A DNA stretch of 64,000 nt, taken from positions 126,327,122-126,391,121 of the forward strand of contig NC_058130.1 of NCBI RefSeq assembly GCF_016433145.1. The letters run 5' to 3'. Positions 1-12,140 of the stretch are shown here, one piece after another. Source of the stretch: Gracilinanus agilis. Lineage: Eukaryota. A model generated the notes under the pieces. It was not told the origin of the DNA and searched no databases. It worked only from the letters and a program-made list of their open reading frames with translations. The stretch's first letter is position 1; every line of letters begins with the position of its first letter. Position numbers and translations under genes: made by a program.

Positions 1-53
1 CGGATGAGACTTGAAGTGGAAAAATGATATACCTGAAATCCGTATAGGTGATG

Positions 54-306
54 GTTGTTGTTCAGTTGTTTCAATCATGTCAGACCCTTTGTGATACAAT
101 TTGGAGTTTTCTTGCTAAAGAGATTGAGTGGTTTGTCATTTTCTTCTCCAGATCATTTTACAGATGAGGATCTGAGACAAACAGGGTTAAGTGACGTACT
201 CAGGGTCACACAGCTAGTAAGTGTCGGTGGCTAGATTTGAACTGAGGAAGAGGAGTCTTCTTGTCTCTGAACTGGCACTCTCTCCATTGTGCCACCTAGC
301 TGCCCC
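54..306 (-). mobile_element. MAR1-type marsupial SINE
   Basis: gttgttcagttgtttc...ggttttcttg..aaagat..gagtggtttg..atttcc.tctcca..tcattttacagatgagga. Similar minus-strand copies lie at ~925, 12205, 13990, 16185, 18520, 27130, 35065, 55010 and 63445. Confidence 0.8.
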
Positions 307-1442
307 AGTCATATAAGTAGTAAGTGGCAAAAATTAGGATTTGAACCTAGGTCTTCTGGCTCCAAATGTAGAGTTCTTTTGCAATATGCCACATTTCCTC
401 CATGTACTGAAATTTTAAAAATGTATTTTGTGAACTTTTGCTTTGGCCACTGGATTTGAAAAGCACTTTCATCTATATTCTCTTTTGTGCAGACAGAAAC
501 AGATGCCCCTCTGGTTTTAATCTCCATCAAGTGAGACTCAGCTATCTTTTCTGGTGTCTGCAGCTAACTGGGTTCTAGATTAGCTACAGGACAAGGAAGC
601 TTTCTCTATGGTATTTTATAAACTACAAGTTCAGTTAAAACAAAGTCATAAAGCAGCCAGGAGAACTGAGTTCTTATTCAGCATAGTGATTTTTTTATTT
701 TTGGGGAATGAAGATAAGCACTACTGACTTAAAAGGAGGTGTCACTTGACACAAGAACAATGGCTGTAGTTCAACATGCCCACTTTAGTTCAGAAAATAG
801 ATATTAGCTGGAAGAAGAAGTGAAAGACTGCCTACATAGCATTCCATTGCTGTCCTCTGGGATGATGACTTTTATTACTATTTTCTAAATATTAGCAACT
901 ATTCTGAATACCATTACACCAAGTTTTTGTTGTCCTTCAGTCATGTCTGATTCTTTGTGGTCCCATTTGGGGTTTTCTTGACAAAGATCCTTCTACAACT
1001 CATTTTACAGATAAGAAAACTGAGGTAAACAGGGTTCAGTGACTTGCCAGATAAGACATATCCGAGGCTAGATTTGAACCCAGCTCTTCCTGACTCTTAA
1101 ACTGGACACTCTGTCCACTAAGCCACTAGCTGCCCATTACTCTCAGTAATGATATTATTACTTTCCACAAAGAAGACACTCATACTCTTTACACAGAAGA
1201 CTCATACAGTATTTGGGTAGCTAAATGTATGTATTCTTGTTCCATTTGTACAAGCTATTACAAGCTATGTATTATAGTAAAGAGATTCCTGACTTTGGAA
1301 GCATAGTAGAAAGATCCCTGGATTCAGACTCAGGAGATCTATGAGTCCTGGCTCCAATACTGTGTGACTGTAGCTGTGTGACTACTACTGAGTTACATTG
1401 TCTCTGAACCTTAATTTCCTCCATCTATAACCTTGCAATAAT

Positions 1443-1446
<4 letters not shown>

Positions 1447-1482
<36 letters not shown>
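1447..1482. repeat. (AC)18 microsatellite
   Basis: Direct read. Confidence 0.95.
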
Positions 1483-1488
<6 letters not shown>

Positions 1489-2179
1489 TATCTGTCTCAG
1501 AGTTGTTGTGAGATCAATACTTTGTAAACCTATATAAATCTCAGCTGTTATTATCCTTCTTACAGATTGTTAACCCTCCATATGTTCCTATTTCATGTGA
1601 TTTTCATCTTTCTCCTTTTATGAATATTTCATTTTCATTATCATTGAGTGATAATCCACTCAATTTGGATGGTTCCTTTAATATCCAGACTGAGGGCATT
1701 AATGTAGCATCCACTGCCTTGCTTTATTTCACTACACATCTAGGTCACTTCCTTTTATGGTTGTGCTATTTTTATTAACCATCAAGCTGATTTTTTTAAA
1801 TGCTGCCATGTTTTCTGGATAATTGAATATAGTGTTTGCAGAGATGAGCTAATTTGCCTTTTCTGATTTCAAAGTTAGGATGAACTGCAGCCTTCCCAGG
1901 GCCCACATTGCTCCAAAGTGGTAAGCAGGGTAATGGTAATAATAAAAAGCATTGACTTCCATGTATGAAGATGTTTACCAACAATGGTTAAGTCATCTTG
2001 TATAGTGGAGAGAGAGCCAGTCTTTGATTTAGGAGGGCCTCTGGCCTCTGACACATATGACTCAGTGCTCCCAGGCAACTCTCTAAGAATGTAAAGTTGC
2101 AGACCAGCGGCAGGTTAGTTGGGGATCTCTGTTAGGTAAAGAGGGTGTGTACACAGAGACTTACCCACAATGATAAATT

Positions 2180-2395
2180 TTATTCTTACATTTTTCCCCA
2201 AAACTCTTACTTTCCATCTTGGAATCAATACTGCATATTGTTTCCAAGACAGAAGAGCTGTAAGGGCTAGGCAGTGGGGATTTCGTGATTTACCCAGGGT
2301 CACATAGCTAGAAAGTGTCTGAGGCCAAATTTGAACCCAAGACCTCCTATCTTTAGGCTTGGCTCTCAATCCACTGAACCACCCAGCTTCCTCTT
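2180..2395 (-). mobile_element. Opossum CORE-SINE (SINE1/2_Mdo-type) with perfect 16-bp TSD
   Basis: cccacaatgataaatt at 2164-2179 and 2396-2411. Confidence 0.88.
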
Positions 2396-4120
2396 CCCAC
2401 AATGATAAATTCATATGCCTAGACTAGCAGTAACGATGGGCTGGCCAACTACCTTCTTGGACTGTACCCCTGGTTTAGTTTGGTCTTTTATCCTAGGATA
2501 AAGACCTTCTCTGAGCTAAAATAGCAAATAAAATAGCAAATAGCAAAATAGGGTTAAAGATTTATTATTATAATCCTCCCAAAAAGACTTATTTTCTTCA
2601 AGTCTTTTCAATAGCTCTGGTGAGGTAAGTCATAAAATCTTATTAAAAAATAAGGAAAACAAAGATTATAGATTTAAATGGACTTTTCCAATATAACACA
2701 GGTATTAAGCAGCAGAAGTGGGATTTGAACTTATCTATCTAAAGATCTATCTAAAATCTATCTAAAGTCTCAAGCTCTTTCCACCTGACCTCCACACACT
2801 CAGGACTTTTGTGAGGAGACGATGGGGTCAGTTCCTCTCTGAGGCTTGACTACACTACTAAGTGACTCTCCAAGAGATTGAGCCTACCTAAGTTCATGTT
2901 TTATTGAAGTAAAAGCTGACCCTTCTAGCATTCTCTCAACCAGAATTTGTTATTTCCATTTGACAATTGACATTTATAATTATGGGTGAGGCACTCTAAG
3001 AACATTTGAATCAGAGATTTTAATGAATTTCTGCTCTTTGAAAATTACTACTCTATCTTGAATATGTATAAAATGGTAGCTGTCAACTTGCATGCTTGAT
3101 ATGAACTTCTTGATCTAGCCACATTAACAATGACTATACTAGAAAGACATTGGGATGGATTATGACACAACTTGGTGGAGTCATTAGACTTGGCTTTGGG
3201 TACTGGTTCTGCCACTGGGTAGCTGTATGATCATAGGTTAATCATCTTACCTTTTTGAGCTTTAAATGTGCTCTTAAAATGGAAGTAATAACATTTATCC
3301 TATCTCACAGTGTTGTTAGAGGGACCAAAAGACAGTGTTAATAGGAGATAAGGACTACACTGATGATTTCAATGATATAAAGAATTTGTGGACAAGGGAA
3401 CTCCTAATGCAGGTCAGCACCTACTTGGCAATTTATAGTCAGTCTTGGAGAGTTTCTTAGAGCAGAGGTAGCTGACACATTAAAATGTTATTGGGAAATA
3501 GTTTTAAAATAAATAAAAATATAATAGAACATAGAATAATGTTAATGTGTGGTTTTCTAAACCAATATATGGCCTGCAGGCATCCTTATGGACCATTTGG
3601 TGTGATTTAGGGTGTTTTTCTCTAATCCTCACCCCGTCTTTATTTGAGTTTCATACCACTGGGCTAGAACTAAGAGACTAAGAGCTGTCCATGTCTGAGG
3701 TCTTGAGGTCTGAGGTCTTGAATAAAGGTCTTTCTGGCTTGGAGAAAGTTCTCTGTCCACTAGTTCCGATGCTTCTCATTGCATTAATAAGGGTTACAAA
3801 ATGATTTAAAGCACCATGTAAATGTATAATAGTGGTTATTATCACTTTAGGCACATAGGAGAATCTCCTTTTTTCTACTTCATTCCAAATATAAACAGTG
3901 CCAAAACAAAACAAGACTTATCATCCACTTGCTACTACTTTTTAATTGTGTGTCCCACAGAAATTGCATCTAAGTTAAACTTTTAATCCAAGAAGGCTTA
4001 ATATGTAACTAAGAATGTGACTTGATGCATTAACTTGTCTTTTCTGTGTGAGCCCAAATCAATTTAATCATAAAATATTCCATTTTTAAATCTAATTGAA
4101 ATCTTATACACAACTATGTA

Positions 4121-4357
4121 GGAGGCAGCCAAGTGACTCAGTGGACAGAACATTAGGCTGAAGCCAGAAGACCTGAGTAGAAATCTGGCCTCAAACACTT
4201 ACTAGCTCTGTGACCCTGGGCAAGTCACTTAACCTCCATTTGCCTTTATCCACTGAAGAAGGAAATGGCAAATGATTCCAGTATCTTTGCCAAGAAAATC
4301 CCAAATGGGGTTATGAAGAGTCAGACATGATTGAAAAAATGACCGAACAACAACAAA
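4121..4357 (+). mobile_element. MAR1-type SINE
   Basis: CORE plus the ggagaaggaaatggcaaa..ccagtatctttgccaagaaaa tail. Similar plus-strand copies lie at ~10840, 15160-15630, 19975 and 22425. Confidence 0.8.
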
Positions 4358-4506
4358 ACTGTGCAAGTGTACCATGCTCTTAGGACTATAAGCAAAACAA
4401 CTTTATTGTGCCAATGTACCCTATGACAACATACATTAAGACATCAAAAGCAGAATTTTGTTTTGTGGCAGAATTCTGGAGAAGGTCATTTGCTAGTAAA
4501 ACAGCT

Positions 4507-4748
4507 TTTTGTTCTTAAGTTGTTTCATGTCTGACTCTCTGTGACCTCATTTGGGGTTTTCTTGGCAAAGATACTAGAGCAATTTGTCATTTCCTTCTCC
4601 AGCTCATTTTACAGATGAGAAACGGAGGCAAACAGGTTTAAGAGACTTGCCCAGGGTCACACAGCTAGTAAGTGTCTGAGGCCAGATTAGAACTCAGGCA
4701 TTACTGAATCAATCCTTAGTGCTCTATTCATTGTGAAACCTAGCTTCT
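4507..4748 (-). mobile_element. MAR1-type SINE, inverted relative to 4121-4357
   Basis: Reverse-orientation MAR1 body about 150 bp from the previous copy. Confidence 0.8.
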
Positions 4749-4833
4749 CTAATGGTTATTTGTAAAATTGCAATTTGTATTTAATTTGCCAAATCAAATG
4801 TTGCAATGAGCAGCATTTCAAATCCAGGGTCTT

Positions 4834-5020
4834 ACAAACAAGTAATCACATCCAAACCTCCCCCGCAAAATGAAAATTGGTCACAAGCTCTTGAAGATTT
4901 CAAATCTGAGATCATGAGAAAGATGGTAGAGATGTGGCAAGAAAAGTGGGAAATAGCTCAAAAGGAAATTAACCGTTTAAAAGACAGAAACTCCCAATTG
5001 GAGAAAAATGACCCCAAATA
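4834..5020 (+). mobile_element. 187-bp L1 ORF1 internal fragment with perfect 14-bp TSD and no poly(A)
   Basis: aaatccagggtctt at 4820-4833 and 5021-5034. The insert encodes ..NWSQALEDFKSEIMRKM.EMWQEKWEIAQKEINRLKDRNSQLEK, sharing the W(S/T)QALE motif with the ORF1 at 49188. Confidence 0.85.
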
Positions 5021-5866
5021 AAATCCAGGGTCTTGGATGACTGCCAAGTTTGGTGGGAATTTTGGGGGGGAAGATAAGGTTAGGAGGGGACAAGAGCTGA
5101 ATGATTCATATCTCATATCTGCCTCGTATTTTAAAGTGGCTTCCTGACCAACAATTCTGCAAGGTAGAAATAACTGTCCCTATTTTGGAGATGAGGAAAC
5201 TGAGGCCTCCAGAAAGGTGAAATAATATTTCTCTAGTCACACAATTAGTAAGGGCTGGATCTTGAACTCAGATCTTCTGACTCCAAATCCATTGTTCTTT
5301 TTGTAACAATAGGCTTCCTCCTTGGTCCAACAGAATTTTATCTGGTAGAACCAGGGATGGCATCATGGCCTTAAACAAATATTCAAGTGAAAACAGCCCT
5401 CTAATTTCTGAATTTTTGTTTCCTTTTGTCATCTTGTGCTATGGCCCAGACGTACACAGGGTTCCCTATAGGCATTTGAAATAGTTGTATGATATACTCC
5501 TCCAGGTATAGTTAACTTCGCTTCAGCTTGATCCCTTTGTAATTGCTTTTTCTTCCTTGTTATAATCTGGCTTATTATAAGGCATAATTGGTATCCCTGC
5601 AATAATCCTGCAAATGTAAAGAAAGGAAATATTGGTACTAATTTTAGAATATCCAATATAGTGAGATATAATATCTCACTAGTGGTTGTTGGCCAAGGCA
5701 AGTGCTGGAGAGAATAGGGAACATCTTATTTTATCAGTGGAGCCATAGTCTCAACTACCATGGTTCTTTTTAAAATTTTTTGGCTTGCCAAGATATTATA
5801 AGTAAATAATAGCTGGTATGTTGAACCCCAAACTATTACTGATAAGCTGTTATAAGTAACTAAAGT

Positions 5867-6646
5867 TGTCAAAGTTAAACTATTGCAGGAGGTGGATGGA
5901 AAGCCAGAAGCAGTTTAATCCAACTCTAATTTATTATGGAGGAGTGGTATGGATAGGAAAACAGGAGGCAGGAAATAGGATAGTAATACGATAGGGAATT
6001 TATTAACCTTATTCTAATATATCTAACTAACCCCCCTCCCCAAATCTAAACTGCTGTGTTTTCAGCTTCTTCTTGAACACCAAGGTAGACCTCCTTAAAC
6101 TATTCTTAACTATCTTAAAATATTCTCTATCTAACTAAACCTATTCTAACTTAAAAAATCTTCTTTAACCTCCTTTAATTAACATAAATGATCAAACTAT
6201 CAGAATAACTGACAGAATCTCCTGGCAGTGAGAAACTGATGCAGGGCCTTCTTCCAAGTTAGAGAGAGAAGAAAGAGCCTCTCTCTGGCAGCTCCTTCTC
6301 CCTCCAGGAACTGGGGAGGGAAAAAAACTCTTCAGTGAATAACACTCTCTTTTTCAACTCTCAACTCTCAAAGTAATATATAATCTTCTATTAACTCTAA
6401 TGGCCATCAACTGTCAGAGCAAGAGAGCTCAAAACAGCTACCCCTGTTCCCTGAGACTGCCAGAGAAACACAGAACCCAGAATTCTCTCTTCACTGGGTT
6501 TTATGCTTTTCCCTTAAAGGGCTGTCGGCCAGCTCTCTCTGTTCCTCCCTCTTAAAGGGGACAGCATAAAAGCCCCAAACCCTTTATCTGACCTAAAATC
6601 CTTGCTTCTAATGAGACAGGGTAAACCAAATAAAATCCTTATCACA
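5867..6646 (-). mobile_element. Solo ERV LTR (~780 bp), sense to SLC1A1
   Basis: TGT...ACA termini; 5-bp flanks aaagt/acagt (4 of 5 match); minus-strand AATAAA at 5930-5935, about 60 nt from the LTR end. Confidence 0.7.
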
Positions 6647-6764
6647 ACAGTTTTCAAGTTTCCTCCTGAAAATCAAGGGGATTTTACTAATGATCCTGAA
6701 TATCCTTCACTTCTATAATTCAATGAGTTTCTGAGAACATAAGGAGAAGAATACTTATTGTCTA

Positions 6765-6990
6765 ACCCAAGATGCTTTACTTTTTCCATGTCATGGATTC
6801 CATTGGATGGTCTGATGAAACCTATGGATCCTTTCTAAGAAAAATGTCTTTAAATGTATAGAATAAAATATATAGGATTACACACTAATTATACTGAAAT
6901 AGACATTATTTTTTTCCATTCCCATTCATAGACTACCCCCAGCCCTCAAAATTATCTATTATCTTGCCATGAATCCTAGTTTAAAGATCC
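6765..6990. mobile_element. MER103C-like hAT-Charlie MITE (old)
   Basis: gtcatgga..cc.ttgg..gtctg.tgaa.cctatgga.cc.tt.t.agaa.aatg..tttaaatg.ata.aataaaat..atagga. Related copies lie at ~34905-34985 plus 35510-35630 (split), 42865-43050 and 56395-56505. Confidence 0.6.
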
Positions 6991-7167
6991 CCGGTGTAGG
7001 CTATAATATAGAGTTAGATAATCTATTGAGCTAATCCATCAATATATGTGTCTTGGCCAGGCTAGGTCCAGAATTGAATAGGAGTTAGAAAATAGGTTAT
7101 ATTTTGTTTGGCAACTTACAGTGTTTTCAATGATGACAAGCTATTTACTGATAAAAAAAAAAATTCC

Positions 7168-7338
7168 GGGGCAGCTGGGTAGCTCAGTGGATTGAGAGTC
7201 AGGCCTAGAGATGGGAGGTCCTAGGTTCAAATCCGGTCTCAGACACTTCCCAGCTGTGTGACCCTGGGCAAGTCACTTGACCCCCATTGCCCACCCTTAA
7301 CACTTTTCCACCTAGGAGCCAATACACAGAAGTTAAAA
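7168..7338 (+). mobile_element. SINE1_Mdo-type SINE
   Basis: ggggcagctgggtagctcagtggattgagag...ggttcaaatcc...gggcaagtcacttgacccccattg...aatacacagaagtt; tRNA-like A/B boxes plus CORE. Confidence 0.9.
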
Positions 7339-8442
7339 TCCCATCCTTTAACAGCAATATTCTTCTGGGAATGTAACAAATGATGAAATATCACAATTTC
7401 CAAAGAATCAAAACTAAAGGTAGTTCCAAGGATAATGGAAAGGCAGGGAGGGGTGAAAATAGATTGCCTTCTGGTTAGCAATGGTGACTTGTGCACAAGG
7501 AGTAGTATAAAATGTGTCATCAAGAAAACATGTAATTGAAAATGGGACTGGGTTCATACTGAATGAGAGGCAAAATGAATTGATAGCTTCAGCTCTGTAC
7601 TGATAACCATTCAATGTTATGGACCTAGAGGAAGACCTCCAGCATGGTGGTAGATTCATGGAGTCAAACATTTTGAAGCACAACGGACCTTAGAGACTGT
7701 CTAGCATCTAGTGGTACAGTGAATAGAATACTTGGTTTCGAATCAGGAAAACTCATCTTCCTGAGTTAAAATCTAACCTCAGACCCTTATTAGTTGTGTG
7801 ATCCTGGGCAAGTCACTTAACCTCTGTGTGCCTAGGTTTCCTCATCTGTCAAGTGGAGATAATAGCATCTTTCTCCCAGGGTTGTTACGAGGATCAAATG
7901 AGATAATAATAGTATAGCACTTAGCACAGTCCCTGACACATAGTAGGTGCTATATAAATGTTAGTTATCATAAATATGATTATTATTATGAGGAACTGAG
8001 GTTTAAAGAGAAGAGGTAATTTGCCCAAAGTCACAGAGATAGGAGGTAGAAGAATAGATCCTCTTTGCAGGATTTATAGGATAGATCAAAACTGCATAGA
8101 GATAAAAGATATGCTATAAGTTAATGATTTGAATCATTGGAGGAAGTATCACATCACTGAATTTATGGATCAGTTGAAGTATATGAAACTGTCAATCAAT
8201 TCATATTCCCTAGAATATATCTATATATTATAAGAGTTTTATATAATACAATATAATAAATCAATATTGCAATTCAATTTAAAAATTCTATTATGTGCTT
8301 ATTAAATGCAAGACACTAGGTTGGATACTAGGTATACAAAGACAATTACACAGAAGTATCTTTCCTCAAGGAGTTTATACAGAAGATTTGTGGGCTAGCT
8401 AGTGGATAGAGCTCTGTAACTGGAGTCAGTTAGGAGAGAGAA

Positions 8443-8443
<1 letters not shown>

Positions 8444-8479
<36 letters not shown>

Positions 8480-8645
8480 CAGACAGAGAGACAGACAGAC
8501 AGACAGACAGCCACACAGCCAGACAGAGACAGAGACAGAAGACAGACAGAGATAGAGATAGATACAAAAAAGAGACAAAGACCCAGAAAGAGAGATTGAA
8601 AGAGACAGAGAGAGGACAGAGACAGACGGAGACTGAGAGAGACTG
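8444..8645. repeat. Compound (TA)n(GA)n(GACA)n / GA-rich repeat
   Basis: Direct read. Confidence 0.9.
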
Positions 8646-11589
8646 GGAGAGAAGTGATAATCAGTAGGACAAGCTCCTAAAGGAGATGAGAGGGAGAGAG
8701 TGCAAGAGTATAATTTGAGAAGTTGGCCTTGTTAGGGAGAAGGATCTTTTCCTTCTTTGAAAGTGGAGCAAATTAGTTGCTTCCAGTTTCTTAGACATTT
8801 AGGTTCTTCTTTGTGTTTTGAGATGTTTATGACTGTTGACAGAATTTTTAAAAATTCAATTAAAAATGAACTGGAGAAAAGAAAAAAGATGGTTAAGATG
8901 TAGCTAGGATTTGAGTTGCTAATGAATGGAAATGAAAGAGCTCCTTATGGATGTCCTCAATCTTTCAAGAAAAACAAGATCAGACACTGTGAGGAGTATG
9001 ATAGGGAAGTAATTAGATCAAAAATGGTTTTTTTATGCAGTGGTGAAGGTCTAGATGAGATAAGATAACATGAATTTGTGGTTGACTGTCACCATAGTAT
9101 TATGACATCATCCAGCAGCATCTTGGCCATTGAGGGGTAGAAGCTTTAAATTATCATGGCTGGGGGTGACTTAGGGATGAAGAATAGCAGGACATTAACA
9201 CTGGAGGGAAAAGTGAGCAGATTGAAAGATCAAGAAGAATGTCTTTGTTGAGTTGGTAAATAGGGTCAAGCTTAGGAAAGGAAGGAAAGAAGGTCAGAAT
9301 ATTAATGGTGCATTTGTAACAGAGAGAGAGATTGGGATCTGAGGTAATGCTGAGAATGAAGACCAGGTTTTAGGAAAGTGCAATTACATAGATGGAAAGA
9401 CAAGAGACCATGATTAAAGAAGAGAATTTCAGATTTCAAGCCAATGGAAGTGGAACAGTTTTTGGGAAATGGTGAGGGCTAAGGCTCATTCATTCCTCTG
9501 TGTTTCTAGAGTAGAACAATGAGAGAAAGAGGTCATGGGAGTTGAGGAGATTGAAGAAATGGAAGGCCAAGGTGTTAAGAGGTAAGCAACTTAATTTCTG
9601 GTCATCAAGAATGAGGTCAAAGGGTGTGGATATTAAGAATGTATGACATACAAGAGTCTCTGAGACTATCTTTCTATCTTTGAGTGCTTTCCAAACCCTT
9701 CTCTATCCTTTAAATCCCAATTTCAAATTTCAATTTCAAATGCTACCTCTTCCATGATGACTTTCCTGTATATCCCTAACTGGGACACAACTATTTTGCT
9801 TACAACTCTAATGCATGCATTATGTGACACTGCTTTTTATGGCATGTACATATCATATACCTGGAGTAAGCTTTTTGGGAACAGGGACTGTGTTTTAATT
9901 TTTTTATCTTCTTCACCTAGTGTTGGTTCAATGTATCCAGAAGGTATAAACTACTTATTTGTGGAGTAAATAGTTTTTTTTTGTCTTACATTTTGGTTAT
10001 TTGACAATGTGATGAGATTGGGGATGAGGGGAGAAAAATATTCTCATGCTAGCAGCATGGCAAACTACCAAAGGAATGGCATTATGTTCAAATTTCCAAT
10101 TGCTTAGATAAGTATGGGCTTATTCGTTTTTAATTTCTCACCATCTGGAGGTGAAGATTTGACAACTCAAGGAAAGCCAGACTTGTTTATTAACAGCTCA
10201 GGGGAGATGGATCAATTTTTTAAGAAGCTGTGATTCTAGATTTATAGTCCTTAGTCTATCAAGGATAACATCAAAAGCCTCTCTAAATTACATTCCCCCA
10301 AAGAAGGAATGCAAATGGAAACACCATCAACATAGAGACAAGCATTTTTATAATACAGAAACAGAACTGCTGGCCTAGGACAAGATATTTATTGAGTACC
10401 TACTATGTGCAGGGTACTGTGAGTTTTACAAGGAAGTCTATAGTCTAGGCTCTGCCTTTAGGGATATATAAAGAGGGGTTACTGTTATCTAGCACTCATT
10501 AAGTCCCTATTATATTTCAGGCAAGAAACTTATAGCCTGACAGGAAAGGTACAACAGAAAAGCCCTGGTTTTCAAAATGGTCTGGTGAGAATCCCTATTC
10601 TATTATTTCATAGAAATAGGCTTGGAAGAGATTCCAAGATCATCTGGTCTAACTCCATTAGCAGATAAATAAGCTGAGGCCCATAATTTTTTTTTTTAAT
10701 CAACAAATGCTTATTTTACACTTACTATAGTAGGTTCTGGGGATACAATGACAAAAATGAAATAGTTCCTGTCCTCAAGCAACTTATATCCTGATTGATT
10801 ATAAGCACAGAAAGAATAAACAAAAAGTAGTTAGCTACAGGGGCAGCTAAGTTGGGTAGTGGATAAGAGCACTAGGTTTGGAATCAAGAAGGTTCATCTT
10901 CATGAATTCAAATCCAGCTTCAGAACTTACCAGTTGGGTGACTCTAGGCAAGTCACCTCACTCTGTTTACCTTAGTTTCCTGATCTGTAAAATGAACTAG
11001 AGAAGGAAATGGCAAACCATTCCAGTGTCTTTGCCAAAAAAACCCTAAAATGGGGTCTTAGAAAGAGTTGGACATGACCGAAAGATGCCTGAACAACAAA
11101 TGTGCTGGGTGCTGAAGATTCAAAGAAAAGCAAAACCAATCCCTTCTCCCAAAGAGTCCACATTCTAATGGGGAAAACAACATGAAAACAATTATATAAG
11201 TACAAGAAATAGACAGGCTAAATTAGAGATAATCTCAGAGAGAAGTTACTAGCATTGAGAGGTACTAGGAAGGGTAAATTGTTGGGGTCTGGCCACTCAA
11301 CCAGTTCCAAATCTACCTAATGGTACTGCCATCTAGCTCCCATTTCTCCATCCTGTTCATGAGAACAGCTTAAGAGATTTTTAGCAAATGTTTTATTTAA
11401 AACAATTAAATAAATCAATATTTGTTTAAAAAACAAACAAACCCTCATAGTGCTTAACACATAATAACATATAAATGGTTTTCCCCTTTCCCTCCCATAC
11501 CTTCTTACTGAAAATCAATAGATAGAGAATAGGAGGCTAGACTGCTCTGTGCACCAGATGATTACATCTAAGCCCTCCTCTCTGTTACA

Positions 11590-12140
11590 AGTGCCACCAC
11601 TCTAATATAGATGTTCATTACAACATGCCTGAATACATCTTACTAATGTGATTCTGCCTCTAATCCAAACTTTTTCCTGCTGCCAGAATAATCTTGATTG
11701 TGCATAGATGTGGTCACTTCTCGAGTCAAAAACTTTCAGTAGCTCCATATTTCTTTGTGAGTCAAGTTCAAAGCCTTTGTCTGGCATTCAAGGGCTGCCC
11801 AAGATCTGGGGATACTTATTCCCTTCTACACCCTCTAGGCACCAGTCAATGGGATTGCCTTATGTCCCCTAAATACATGCTGTGTTTTCTGGCTCCAGGT
11901 CTTTATTCCTGTGCTGTGTCTTATTCCTGGAATATCCCATCTCCCTCTTTATGTTCTGAAGTCATCCTCATCAACCCATCAAGTCCAACTTAGAGGCAAC
12001 TTTATGAAGTCATTCATTGATCCACTGAAACTTTCTCCTGTGGACATGACACTCTTTTGTAACTTAGTAGTGAACTCGTTAGTAATGTGAATTATAGTTA
12101 TATTTGTATACTAGGCTTTGAGATTCATGAGGGCAGGACA
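11590..12140 (+). mobile_element. L2 3' fragment
   Basis: ctaatgtgattc..cacttctcg..aaaactttcagtagctcc..caagttcaaagcctttgtctggcattcaagg; L2 tail. Confidence 0.65.

Noticed and set aside
2733-2767. Short tandem triplication atctatctaaa(g), with similar micro-duplications near 2516, 3701 and 46966
   Set aside because: Ordinary slippage products. They have no unique spacers, so they are not CRISPR-like.
5659-5681. 11-bp-arm palindrome tagtgagatat-a-atatctcacta
   Set aside because: Short and AT-rich, within chance expectation for 64 kb, with no supporting context.
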